From Sulfolobales archaeon (lineage in GTDB: Archaea; Thermoproteota; Thermoprotei_A; Sulfolobales; NBVN01): DNA of 64,000 bases. Below, in pieces: positions 51,910 through 61,628 of this stretch (positions are counted from its first letter, which is position 1; each line of letters begins with the position of its first letter). The stretch is from NCBI GenBank assembly GCA_038831135.1, contig JAWBKW010000007.1, positions 2,969-66,968 on the forward strand, read 5' to 3'. The notes under the pieces were generated by a model, which worked only from the letters and a program-made list of their open reading frames with translations, made no database searches and was not told the DNA's origin. Position numbers and translations under genes: made by a program.

Positions 51910-51992
51910 CTTCTATAACTAATGGCAACTATTAGTAATTATGTTTTTATACAAATAACCATGCAATGCTTATAAGCCTGTTCATCAAATAA

Positions 51993-53264
51993 ATATATGG
52001 GATTCTAATCATAAGTGGTTCCGGTTTATCCAAAGCTATAATACCTATAGGTGGCTTAGGTACTAGACTTTATCCGCTTACTGTAGATACGTCTAAGGCC
52101 ATGATTAGATTCTTGAATAAGAATTTAATAGACTTCATCATAATGAAACTAGCCCGTCAAGGTATTAAGGAGTTCTATCTAGGGGTTAGTGGTTACGTAA
52201 ATTATGTAGGACTGTACGACCACTTGGGTAGTGGTGAAGGTCTATCCTATAAATTAGGATTCCATGATAGTGAAATTAGAATTAGATACCAACCTAATAT
52301 AGAGTCTAGAGGTAATGCGGAGTCCGTTAAGTTAATTATGGATTACTACGATCTGAGGGAGGACTTAATAATTGTTCAAGGAGATACTTTATTTGATATT
52401 ATTTTAAGTGACGTATGGCGTTTCCATAAAGATAGAAGCGCTTATATGACCATAGTACTTAAGGAATTAGAAGATGTTTCTAGACTTAAACATTATGGTG
52501 TTGCAGATATTAAATCCGATGGGAGAATAGTTAGGTTTATAGAAAAACCTTTAACAGTATCAGAAGCTCCGTCTAGGCTGATCAATACTGGAATATACAT
52601 AATCTCACCCGAGTTTAGAGATTTCTTCAATAACGGTGTGGGAAAGCGGCTTTACGATACAGGTGAACTGGATTTTGGTAAAAACGTAATTCCTTCCTTG
52701 ATAGGATGCGGGTATGCTGTTTATGGATGTGTTTATAAGGGATTATGGTTTGATATAGGAAATCCTGAGACGTATAGGGAAGCAATATACTATATGCTAA
52801 AGACTTTAAGTAATGAAGAGTTAAATGTTGATTTCTCATATGATGGGATTAAGTTTATGGGTAAAACCATTCTTTCAAGGAATCTTCAAAGATCTATTAT
52901 TGATAGGTTACAAAGGGGTGAATTAAAAATAGAGGGTGACGTGCTTCTAGGTAGGCATATATTTCTAGGAAATGGTGTTAAATTATTAAATTCAGTTATA
53001 GATCATTATACAGTAATAAATGATGAAACTACAGTTGAAGACTCTGTAATAATGGATAGGTGTTTTTTAGGTGGGAAGACCGTAGTGGTAAACAGTATAA
53101 TAGGTAGGCACGTTAAAATAGGCAATAATGTGACAATTAAAAACAGTATAATAGGTAATAACGTACTAATAGGTAATAATGCAGTGGTAATCAACTCTAA
53201 GGTATGGCCCAATAAATTAGTATCACCGCATCAGATAATCAAGGATAGTATAATAACAGGATAA
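51993..53264 (+). CDS. Sugar-1-phosphate nucleotidylyltransferase with left-handed beta-helix C-terminal domain (GlgC-like role plausible); start uncertain
   Basis: The signature KAIIPIGGLGTRLYPLT lies upstream of the track ATG at 52101. Hexapeptide repeats (IGNNVTIKNSIIGNNVLIGNNAVV) occupy the C-terminal end. Confidence 0.8.
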   Translation: MYGILIISGSGLSKAIIPIGGLGTRLYPLTVDTSKAMIRFLNKNLIDFIIMKLARQGIKEFYLGVSGYVNYVGLYDHLGSGEGLSYKLGFHDSEIRIRYQPNIESRGNAESVKLIMDYYDLREDLIIVQGDTLFDIILSDVWRFHKDRSAYMTIVLKELEDVSRLKHYGVADIKSDGRIVRFIEKPLTVSEAPSRLINTGIYIISPEFRDFFNNGVGKRLYDTGELDFGKNVIPSLIGCGYAVYGCVYKGLWFDIGNPETYREAIYYMLKTLSNEELNVDFSYDGIKFMGKTILSRNLQRSIIDRLQRGELKIEGDVLLGRHIFLGNGVKLLNSVIDHYTVINDETTVEDSVIMDRCFLGGKTVVVNSIIGRHVKIGNNVTIKNSIIGNNVLIGNNAVVINSKVWPNKLVSPHQIIKDSIITG

Positions 53265-53280
53265 TTTGGGTTGAGGTCTT

Positions 53281-54498
53281 ATGGTCAAATACGTATTCAT
53301 CTTATTTGAGGTTCACCAACCGCGTAGATTGAGGGGCGGGTTGACTGAGGGTTTGATCAAGAATAACATAAACTATGGAGATCTCCACAATTTACTATTT
53401 GATGAAAAAAGTAATGAAGAAATTCTTAAGAAAGCAAGTAATAACTGCTATATACCGGCCACTAAATTACTCTTAAATGTATTAAAAGAATTTAAAGAAG
53501 TTATTAAAGTAAACTTCAGTTTCTCAGGTATTGTCCTTGAGCAATTTATGAGTTATCTGCCGGATGTCCTAGAATTATTTAAGGATTTAATTAGGTTAGA
53601 ACTTGCTGACGTAGTTGTTGAACCTTACTACCATAGTTTAGTTTCAATATATGAGGATCAGAGGGAATTTATTTCACAAGTTAATCAACAATTACACTTA
53701 ATTAAAGATTTATTTGGAGTTATTCCTAAAGCATTTGTTAATACTGAAATGATATACAATAACATAATAGCTAATACTGTTAAAGAGATGGGATTCGATG
53801 TAGTAATTACTGAGGGTGTTGATAAGATATTAAATGGTAGGAGTCCTAATTATGTATATTTAGGGGGTAATTGCGGTGTTAAGCTTCTCTTAAGGAATTA
53901 TAGGTTGAGTGATGATGTAGCATTCAGGTTCAGTAATAAGTCATGGGACCAGTATCCACTTTTCGCTGATAGGTATGTTGACTGGATCGCTAAATCGCCA
54001 GGCGATTTAGTAGTTATAGCTATGGATTATGAAACGTTCGGAGAACATCAGAGTGCTGAGACAGGAATCTTCGACTTTTTGAAGCATTTCATTAGTTTCT
54101 TAGGTAAGCAAAATATCGTTGCTCTAGGGTCCTCTGAAGTGGCTGAAATTTTTGACCCAGTCGATACCATTAATGTGTCTTATGAAAACACGATCAGCTG
54201 GGCTGATATAGAAAAAGATTTAAGTGCGTGGTTGGGGGATAGAGAACAAGTATCTGCTTTTAATAGGCATAAGGCGTTATTCGAGTTATTAAATGAATTA
54301 GATATGGATTTACTTAAGGTTTGGAGATATTTAAGCACTAGTGACCATTATTACTATATGTCATCGAAAGGAGGAGCAAGTGGGGAAGTGCATCGGTATT
54401 TCTCTCCTCACGGATCTAGAACAAACGCTTACTGCCTATTAAACACAGCCTTAACGATTCTTGAATTAAGGGTCTTAGGATTTTTAAATAGTAGGTAA
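53281..54498 (+). CDS. Glycoside hydrolase family 57 protein
   Basis: Contains the N-terminal motif FEVHQPRRL and DYETFGEH, typical of GH57. Confidence 0.75.
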   Translation: MVKYVFILFEVHQPRRLRGGLTEGLIKNNINYGDLHNLLFDEKSNEEILKKASNNCYIPATKLLLNVLKEFKEVIKVNFSFSGIVLEQFMSYLPDVLELFKDLIRLELADVVVEPYYHSLVSIYEDQREFISQVNQQLHLIKDLFGVIPKAFVNTEMIYNNIIANTVKEMGFDVVITEGVDKILNGRSPNYVYLGGNCGVKLLLRNYRLSDDVAFRFSNKSWDQYPLFADRYVDWIAKSPGDLVVIAMDYETFGEHQSAETGIFDFLKHFISFLGKQNIVALGSSEVAEIFDPVDTINVSYENTISWADIEKDLSAWLGDREQVSAFNRHKALFELLNELDMDLLKVWRYLSTSDHYYYMSSKGGASGEVHRYFSPHGSRTNAYCLLNTALTILELRVLGFLNSR

Positions 54499-56067
54499 TT
54501 TAATGAGTTGGGGATAGTACTCTCTTAACACTCTAATCATAGAGACCCTGGGTATGAAGGATCTCATCGCTGAAAGTGCAACCCTATAGTATGCTTCAGG
54601 ATTAGAGATTATTAAATTGACGACATCCATTAAAATTCTCTTAAGTTCCTGATATTCCTTTTCATTCATTTCATCAGCTTCAGGACCAACATAATTCATA
54701 GGTTCTCTAATATCATTACCGAAGAGCCACCCGTTGACTCCATGGACAACTAATTCCAATACTCCACCATCTCTAGAACTTATTGTTGGTACGGTGTTAA
54801 CTGCAGCTTTCATATAGCTAGTTCCGCATGCTTCCCAACCTGAAAATGGTGTAAAGAGAAGTACATCGATACCTGCTAATAATTTTTTAGCAACATCAAC
54901 CGTATATTCAGGTAAGTATATGACGTTACTTCTTTCCTTATGTAGCTTCATAAACTCCTTCATAACTTCTAACCCCCAACCATCGTTAGGATGCGCCTTA
55001 CCAGATAATACGAACACTACACGTTCATCTTTTAATTCGTTAATTAGTCTGATGATGAACCAAGGTCTTTTATATGCAACGATTCTCCTACCCCACATTA
55101 CTAAGACCTTCCCTTCGATGGAAATATCCTTAAACTTTCTTAGGAAGTCTTCTAGTTCATTTTTTGCTCTACGTTTAAATTCAGGTAAGGTATCTAACGT
55201 TAACTTATGAGATTCGTAGATTTCTTTCAATTTTGGATGCATCCATCTCTCTATGTTTATACCGTTGGTTACGTAGGATAGCTTATCGCTGAAGTGAGGG
55301 AGTATCTTTAATAGAATATCAAGGTGTTTAGCAGATACGGCGAATGCTTGAGAAGATGCTGCAAGACCTATATCAGTTAGTACTACTTCCGGATTTATCA
55401 AATTATAACCATATTCGTTGTGGATTAGGTTTCTTGGAAAGCTTGGATGTCCCCAGATTCCAGCAGTATGAATTACAAGCCTATACTTACCAGGAATTTT
55501 AAGAATTAATGGGAGGAAGGCTGTATAAGCTTCTTGAAGATCGATGAATGTTATATCATATATCGGTATGTTCCTCCTAATGAATTCTGCAACAGACTTA
55601 GCGAAGAATGTATATTTATAAAACTTTTCATCTAAGCTATCTTCAATATATAATCTATCGACTAGCTTGAAGGTCCATTGAGGAGACGTAGGTTTAAGAA
55701 ATATTGTCTTGGAATTTCCATATTCATAAATAAGTGGTTCGACCTCAACATCTTCATTTCTCAGCCTTATCTTAAACCTATCCATAGGTTTTAACGTTTT
55801 TAAAAACTCTTCCGGCTGGGGTTGAGGTTTAGGTATTGGATTATAATTGGCGTCAAAATCGTAGCTTACATAACCGTTTGAATATAGTATAGAGAAAGCA
55901 ATGTAGTTCAGCTTTAAAGCGGCGGCAGCGTAAAATTTATCACCTTCTAGAACACCTAATCCACCAGCATATGTATGTCCTATATCTAATGCCATATCTG
56001 GAGTAACACTAACGATGTTATACTCTTCACCTACTACTGGATCTAGAGGCTCTATAGGAAACACCAA
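54484..56067 (-). CDS. glgP: Alpha-glucan (glycogen/maltodextrin) phosphorylase, short archaeal form
   Basis: Contains the N-terminal motif TYAGGLGVLEGD, 527 aa. Confidence 0.75.
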   Translation of the reverse strand: MVFPIEPLDPVVGEEYNIVSVTPDMALDIGHTYAGGLGVLEGDKFYAAAALKLNYIAFSILYSNGYVSYDFDANYNPIPKPQPQPEEFLKTLKPMDRFKIRLRNEDVEVEPLIYEYGNSKTIFLKPTSPQWTFKLVDRLYIEDSLDEKFYKYTFFAKSVAEFIRRNIPIYDITFIDLQEAYTAFLPLILKIPGKYRLVIHTAGIWGHPSFPRNLIHNEYGYNLINPEVVLTDIGLAASSQAFAVSAKHLDILLKILPHFSDKLSYVTNGINIERWMHPKLKEIYESHKLTLDTLPEFKRRAKNELEDFLRKFKDISIEGKVLVMWGRRIVAYKRPWFIIRLINELKDERVVFVLSGKAHPNDGWGLEVMKEFMKLHKERSNVIYLPEYTVDVAKKLLAGIDVLLFTPFSGWEACGTSYMKAAVNTVPTISSRDGGVLELVVHGVNGWLFGNDIREPMNYVGPEADEMNEKEYQELKRILMDVVNLIISNPEAYYRVALSAMRSFIPRVSMIRVLREYYPQLIKLPTI

Positions 56068-56222
56068 CTGACCACTACCTCACCGAACTTTACTATAGTA
56101 TAATTACTTACTATTTAACATTTTCTACTTTAAACCCTCATTACGTTTGGCGACTAATCATGTTTAAGGATTCGTAGCTAAATTAATTAACCTTTATTAG
56201 CATCTATGGTTAGGGACTATTA

Positions 56223-56846
56223 TTGCATTTAGATATAGTTGAATTGATTTATGAGTTAAGTAAAGAGGAACGTGAAAAGCATATTAGGGAACCGAACGTT
56301 TACTGGGTCTCCGACTTAGTTAGATGTCTACTTAAGAAGGAATATGAAGTGAAGTACCCTGAGTTAAGTCTTAAAGATGTCTTCATACCTTTCTATATTT
56401 CAGGTAACTTAATTCATAGAGGGTTGCAGGGCATCCTTAAGGAGAGATTCGGTGATTCTGTAAAAACAGAAGTTGAGGGCTTAAAGGAGGTAATACTTCC
56501 TAGTGGTGATAGGATAATGATTAGAGGTAGAGCAGATGCTGTATTAGTCAGTGACGAAGGAAATATAGGTATAGAGATTAAGACATCAAGGTCTGATATA
56601 AATATCCCTCATGAACAACATCTTGAGCAAGTTATGATCTATAACTGGTTAATGGATTTAAACTATTCCTTACTTATTTACATTACATTAGATAGAATCG
56701 CTCAATTCACAATATTTGATAAGTTCTCAGAATCTGAAATAATAGATAGGATAACAAACGCTACTTTCCCTAGGTATGGTTGGGAGTGTAATTATTGTGT
56801 ATATTCTGTGTTATGCCCATATAAACGTGGGCAAAGTACTAAATAA
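56223..56846 (+). CDS. Cas4-like PD-(D/E)XK nuclease with 4-Cys cluster (stand-alone)
   Basis: Contains an N-terminal Cys (VRCLL), GRADAV, IEIKTS and QVMIYNW motifs, and a C-terminal CNYCVYSVLC. Confidence 0.7.
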   Translation: MHLDIVELIYELSKEEREKHIREPNVYWVSDLVRCLLKKEYEVKYPELSLKDVFIPFYISGNLIHRGLQGILKERFGDSVKTEVEGLKEVILPSGDRIMIRGRADAVLVSDEGNIGIEIKTSRSDINIPHEQHLEQVMIYNWLMDLNYSLLIYITLDRIAQFTIFDKFSESEIIDRITNATFPRYGWECNYCVYSVLCPYKRGQSTK

Positions 56847-56896
56847 TCTAAGAAGTAATCCGTAATTAAGTTACATGAGTAGACACCCACTTTAAG

Positions 56897-57505
56897 GTGA
56901 CTAAATTGCTATACGTATATGAGTGTTCTAGTGAATGTGTGGATGAAATAGATGACGTAATAAGGGATTCGATGGAGCATTACCACATTTCATATGTTAA
57001 TTCCTGTATAGATCTTGGCTTTTGTAGAGGCTTAGTAGCTACTTTAGATAATGAAGTGGTTGGAGTTGGCGTTTATTACGTTGTTAATTCATCCCCAAAT
57101 AAAGTTGGAGTAATTTACTATGTTGCGGTAAAAGCTAAATATAGAGGGCTGGGATTGGGTAAGGTATTAGTATCTTCTATAGAAGAGCTTATGCTATCAG
57201 AGCATGTTAAGATATCCCTAGCAACTACTAGGGCTGATAATAATGTCATTAAGTCCGTCCTAGGTAAATTAGGATATACTGAGATATTTATTAATTCACT
57301 AAACAGTTTATCAAACATAATTAAGAAGTTGACTTGCGGGTATGATGATGATTTATTATTTATAAAATTTCTTGATGAAGTCTTAAGAGAGGCGACGCCA
57401 TCCATATTAATGTTCCTTGAGACACGGTCTAATTCAGATCTAATTAATAATCTATGGCGATTCATGTGTTATGAGGTGTGGTTGAAGAATAAAGGAGGTA
57501 GGTAA
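56897..57505 (+). CDS. GNAT-family N-acetyltransferase
   Basis: Acetyl-CoA binding motif VAVKAKYRGLGLGKVLV. Confidence 0.7.
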   Translation: MTKLLYVYECSSECVDEIDDVIRDSMEHYHISYVNSCIDLGFCRGLVATLDNEVVGVGVYYVVNSSPNKVGVIYYVAVKAKYRGLGLGKVLVSSIEELMLSEHVKISLATTRADNNVIKSVLGKLGYTEIFINSLNSLSNIIKKLTCGYDDDLLFIKFLDEVLREATPSILMFLETRSNSDLINNLWRFMCYEVWLKNKGGR

Positions 57506-57543
57506 ATACTAGGTTTTATTCTTTTTATAGTTTAGTTGGTGAA

Positions 57544-58890
57544 ATGTTAGATCGGTGCTATAAGATTATGGATGGTGAGGTACTGACAATATTACGTGAT
57601 TTAGTCTCTATTTCCACGATTAACGACCCTATTAGGGGTATTAAACCTTCGATAGATGCTGTAAAATATATAAAGGAGTTCATGGATAAGTACGGTATCG
57701 AATCACATATCATTGAGTCCAACGGTTATTACAGCATTGTCGGCTCCGTCGGTAGCGGTGAACCGCAATTAATGTTCCTAGCTCACTATGATGTAGTACC
57801 TACTGAGGGACAGAATTGGAGCTATGACCCATTTAAGTTAACGGTAGTTGATGGTAAGGCTTATGGTAGGGGTGCTTTAGATGATAAATCCAACGTCGCG
57901 GCATTTATGATTGCTCTGAAGGAATTAAGTAATTTGAAACCTAATCGAAGGGTATTATTTGCTTTCACAGGTGATGAAGAGATCAGCGGCGAGAATGGAG
58001 CTTATTTGATTGTTAAGAAATTGCTCAACGAAGGATCTCTACCTAAATATTTGATAAATGGTGATGGATCTAATCACACTGTTATCTGTAGAAGGAGAAA
58101 AGTCTTTGAAGCCTTAATAAGGGTTCCCAAGAAGCTGAAAGTTGTTAAAGGTGCGAGGTATAATAGGATATTTACTTCACATTATCCGGTTAGTCAGCAC
58201 GCTCATGCTGCATACTTTATTGCTGGAGTTGACATTCATCCATTACTAAGTGCTTCAGTATTTGTTAGAGAAGTAAATGCTTATGTAAGCCGATTAAATG
58301 GTGATTTCGTGAAATCTAATGTCATACCTCAATCTATTAATTTAGAATATGTGGTCCCTCAATCATCTGGTGATGAGTATAGCGTTGATTTAGGTTTAAC
58401 GGATCTAGTTAGGAGCCTAATAACTATTTCTAAAGCTCCTGTAAATACGAAGGCATTTAGCGAATATGGAGTATCAATAAGTCCTAATTTTTATTACATT
58501 GATGATAAGCATAACTTAGTCTTGGACATTAGAGCTATGAGTACGAAGGAACTGGTCGAGGAATCTATCAAAACTGTCTTAAAGGAACTCCATATAGATG
58601 CTGAGTTATATGTTAAAAGTGATGTAGGTGGTTATATGAATACTTTAAGAGATAACGAATTAGTTCTAGCTTTTGAGGAGGTCCTAAATAATCTTAACTT
58701 AAATTACGTAGTTGGTGAAGGTGCTGGTGCTAGCGATTCACGATATCTTGTTATATATGGTGTTAATGCCGTGGATTTCGGACCGGTCGGTGGTAATATG
58801 CATGGTAGCGATGAATACGTAGACTTAACGTCTTTGATGGTATTACCTAAGATATATTTAGAGGTGACTAAAAAGATAATATTTAGGTAG
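57544..58890 (+). CDS. M20-family metallopeptidase (ArgE/DapE/LysK-like deacylase)
   Basis: Contains LAHYDVVP, GRGALDDKSNVAA and TGDEEISG motifs. Confidence 0.8.
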   Translation: MLDRCYKIMDGEVLTILRDLVSISTINDPIRGIKPSIDAVKYIKEFMDKYGIESHIIESNGYYSIVGSVGSGEPQLMFLAHYDVVPTEGQNWSYDPFKLTVVDGKAYGRGALDDKSNVAAFMIALKELSNLKPNRRVLFAFTGDEEISGENGAYLIVKKLLNEGSLPKYLINGDGSNHTVICRRRKVFEALIRVPKKLKVVKGARYNRIFTSHYPVSQHAHAAYFIAGVDIHPLLSASVFVREVNAYVSRLNGDFVKSNVIPQSINLEYVVPQSSGDEYSVDLGLTDLVRSLITISKAPVNTKAFSEYGVSISPNFYYIDDKHNLVLDIRAMSTKELVEESIKTVLKELHIDAELYVKSDVGGYMNTLRDNELVLAFEEVLNNLNLNYVVGEGAGASDSRYLVIYGVNAVDFGPVGGNMHGSDEYVDLTSLMVLPKIYLEVTKKIIFR

Positions 58891-58910
58891 TACTAGTTTA
58901 AATTTAAGAT

Positions 58911-58939
58911 TCTTTCTTTTCTTTTTTCTTTTCTTTTCC
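58911..58939 (+). terminator. Polypyrimidine (CTTTT)n tract, likely oligo-T terminator of the M20 gene
   Basis: tctttcttttcttttttcttttcttttcc begins 21 nt after the stop codon. Confidence 0.4.
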
Positions 58940-59036
58940 ACGACTGCATTTTGGCATATATTAACCCACTATTGATCTTACAGTAGTGTATAATAAAATT
59001 AACTTATCTTAACCAGCTAAATAGTTATAATAAATA

Positions 59037-59522
59037 TTATGTTAGAGTTTTAGCTACCTTAGCAGCTTCAATTATTTTCGATATCTCTATCCTCCTTTTA
59101 GCTTTACTCACTTCGACCTCTTCTACAAAGCTTATAGCTCCTGTGGGACATGTGCTAGCGCATGCTGGAGGTAAATTCTTCATTAACCTATGTCTACATA
59201 GATCGCACTTAACAATCACCTTAAGCGTATCTAGGAATTTAGGTATACCAAAGGGACATGCAACTACGCACTGTCTACAACCTATACATCTTAGATAATT
59301 CATGAAAACACCTCGATCAGTCCTATATAAAGCCTTTGTAGGACATACAGTAACGCATGGAGCATTCTCACAGTGTCTACATGTATACGGTACTGAAATT
59401 TCAACATCTTCCATAGTGTAGACATCTATGTGGTTAATACCTTCATGTTCTCTTTCACAAGCTACTTCGCACGCCTTACATGATATGCAATTTTTATGAT
59501 CTACATAAAGTACTTTAGCCAT
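59037..59522 (-). CDS. 4Fe-4S ferredoxin-type subunit (formate dehydrogenase beta-like)
   Basis: Four Cys clusters (CISCKACEVAC, CRHCENAPC, CIGCRQCVVAC, CDLC...C). Confidence 0.8.
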   Translation of the reverse strand: MAKVLYVDHKNCISCKACEVACEREHEGINHIDVYTMEDVEISVPYTCRHCENAPCVTVCPTKALYRTDRGVFMNYLRCIGCRQCVVACPFGIPKFLDTLKVIVKCDLCRHRLMKNLPPACASTCPTGAISFVEEVEVSKAKRRIEISKIIEAAKVAKTLT

Positions 59523-59526
59523 ATAA

Positions 59527-61572
59527 TCACCCTATCTTTACTATTTTACATGCGCAAACCTTAGTTTCTGGAGTCATTGCCTCAGGGTCTAATGCATCAT
59601 TAGTTATTTTATTAACTCCCCAATGCCAAGGTACTGAAATTACACCCTCCCGAATACCTTGGTTTATACGGATCTTAACTACGTATTCTCCCCTTCGTGT
59701 AACTAACTTCACAACCTCGTTATCGTTTACACCGTAGGTACGTGCAGTTGCAGGATTTATTAATGCCTCAGCCTCAGGCCATCTTCTGCTCAGCGAGTTA
59801 GATCTACCAGTCATGGTGTTTGTGTGGAAAACCCCTACAACTCTATGTGTTGTTAATATCAATGGATATTCATCGTCAGGTACTTCTGCTGGTGGTTGAT
59901 GCTCAACAGGTATTATGATGAATTTACCGCTTGAGGTCTTGAATCTGTCTACATGAAGTACTCGAGTACCTTCATGTCCTATAGATGTGCATGGCCATAT
60001 GATGCCTCCCATAGTGTTCTTTAGCCTCATGGGCGTTATACCTGAGTATCCTGGGATGACTCTATTAATTTCTAGTAGCACATCCTCAGGGCTTGAGTAA
60101 TTAAAGTATCTCTCCAAACCTAACTCCTTAGCTAAATCTATTATAATGAATAGATCTGGTCTTGCCTCGCTAGGCGGTTCTAACGCCTTAAAAGACCATT
60201 GAACTCTTCTCTCACTATTCGTGAAACTCCCTTCCTTCTCAACCCAAGCAGCTGCTGGGAGAACTATATCTGCATACTCAGCTGTCTCAGTCATAAATAT
60301 ATCTTGAACTACTAAGAAGTCCATCTTGTTTAAACCGCTAATGACATGTGATGAATTAGCTTCACTTATGACCGGATTCTCACCCATCACGTATGCAGCC
60401 TTAATTCTGCCAGCTTCAGCCTCACGGAATATGCAAGGTAATGTTATACCGATATCCTTCGGTAACTCATCAACTCCCCATAACTCGGCAATTCTTTTTC
60501 TACCTACATCATCATTAACCTTAACATACCCAGGCAGAAATTCAGCTAATGCACCCATATCGCACGCACCTTGGACATTGTTCTGTCCTCTTAAACCTCC
60601 GACACAGGTACCATGTTTACCGTACCAGCCTAATATAGCAGCTAATGCAGCTAAAGCCAATACATTTCTTTGACCAACTATATGTTGAGTAATGCCCATA
60701 GACCAAACAAGAGTTCCCTTTCTACTTGAAGCCATTAGATATGCGGCTTGTCTAATAGTAAATGCTGGTGCACCACTTATCGACTCAGCTAATTCAGGTG
60801 TATATTTGCTAACTATTTGCACTAATTTATCAAATCCTTCAACTCTTTTCTCGACAAATTCCTTATCATAAAGTCCTTCGTTAATTATCACATTCATGAT
60901 CGCGTTAACGACAGCTATATCAGTTCCCGGCTTAATATGTATGAAAATGTCCGAGTGCCAAGCGGTTTTATTCTTAATCGGACCTACAACTATTAATTTT
61001 GCGCCATTATTTTTAGCTCTCAATATGTAACGTCCCATCAATATTGGGTAGGTTTCGGCCGGGTTAGCCCCCCAAATAACTATTACATCCGAGTTTGCTA
61101 TATCTTCGAAAGTCGCTGTGAGTGCACCCACACCTGTAGATTTACCCATACCTATCAAGGTAGGAGCGTGGCAGAGTCTAGCACAATGATCTACGTTATT
61201 AGTGCCTAACAACCTAGCAAGCTTTTGTAATAAGTAATTTTCTTCATTAAAGCATTTAGCACTTGCAAGAAACGCTATGGAGTTAGGACCATAGTCCTTA
61301 ATAATATCTTTAATTCTGCTAGCAACGTCCTTAATAGCGTCTTTCCAACCGATTTCTACGAACTTGTCTCCAACCCTCTTAAGTGGTTTTTTAAGTCTTT
61401 GGGGTGAGTTAATAAAGGATAGATCATTGGGTTTAGGACATAGACTTCCTTTATTGACGGGATGTTCGTAATTGTATTCGATTCCTACGTATTTACCGTT
61501 TAAAGACTTAATGAATAACCCGCATCCTACACCACAGTAGGGACATACAACAGCCGTGAGATTCTCAGACAC
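59527..61572 (-). CDS. fdhA: Formate dehydrogenase alpha subunit (molybdo/tungstopterin), Cys type
   Basis: N-terminal Fe-S motif CPYCGVGCG. The active-site segment VDHCARLCHAP has Cys where selenoproteins carry Sec. 681 aa. Confidence 0.8.
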   Translation of the reverse strand: MSENLTAVVCPYCGVGCGLFIKSLNGKYVGIEYNYEHPVNKGSLCPKPNDLSFINSPQRLKKPLKRVGDKFVEIGWKDAIKDVASRIKDIIKDYGPNSIAFLASAKCFNEENYLLQKLARLLGTNNVDHCARLCHAPTLIGMGKSTGVGALTATFEDIANSDVIVIWGANPAETYPILMGRYILRAKNNGAKLIVVGPIKNKTAWHSDIFIHIKPGTDIAVVNAIMNVIINEGLYDKEFVEKRVEGFDKLVQIVSKYTPELAESISGAPAFTIRQAAYLMASSRKGTLVWSMGITQHIVGQRNVLALAALAAILGWYGKHGTCVGGLRGQNNVQGACDMGALAEFLPGYVKVNDDVGRKRIAELWGVDELPKDIGITLPCIFREAEAGRIKAAYVMGENPVISEANSSHVISGLNKMDFLVVQDIFMTETAEYADIVLPAAAWVEKEGSFTNSERRVQWSFKALEPPSEARPDLFIIIDLAKELGLERYFNYSSPEDVLLEINRVIPGYSGITPMRLKNTMGGIIWPCTSIGHEGTRVLHVDRFKTSSGKFIIIPVEHQPPAEVPDDEYPLILTTHRVVGVFHTNTMTGRSNSLSRRWPEAEALINPATARTYGVNDNEVVKLVTRRGEYVVKIRINQGIREGVISVPWHWGVNKITNDALDPEAMTPETKVCACKIVKIG

Positions 61573-61628
61573 TCAAACACCCCATAAAATGTGATGGAGT
61601 AAATTATTAAATGTTAATGTATAATAAA

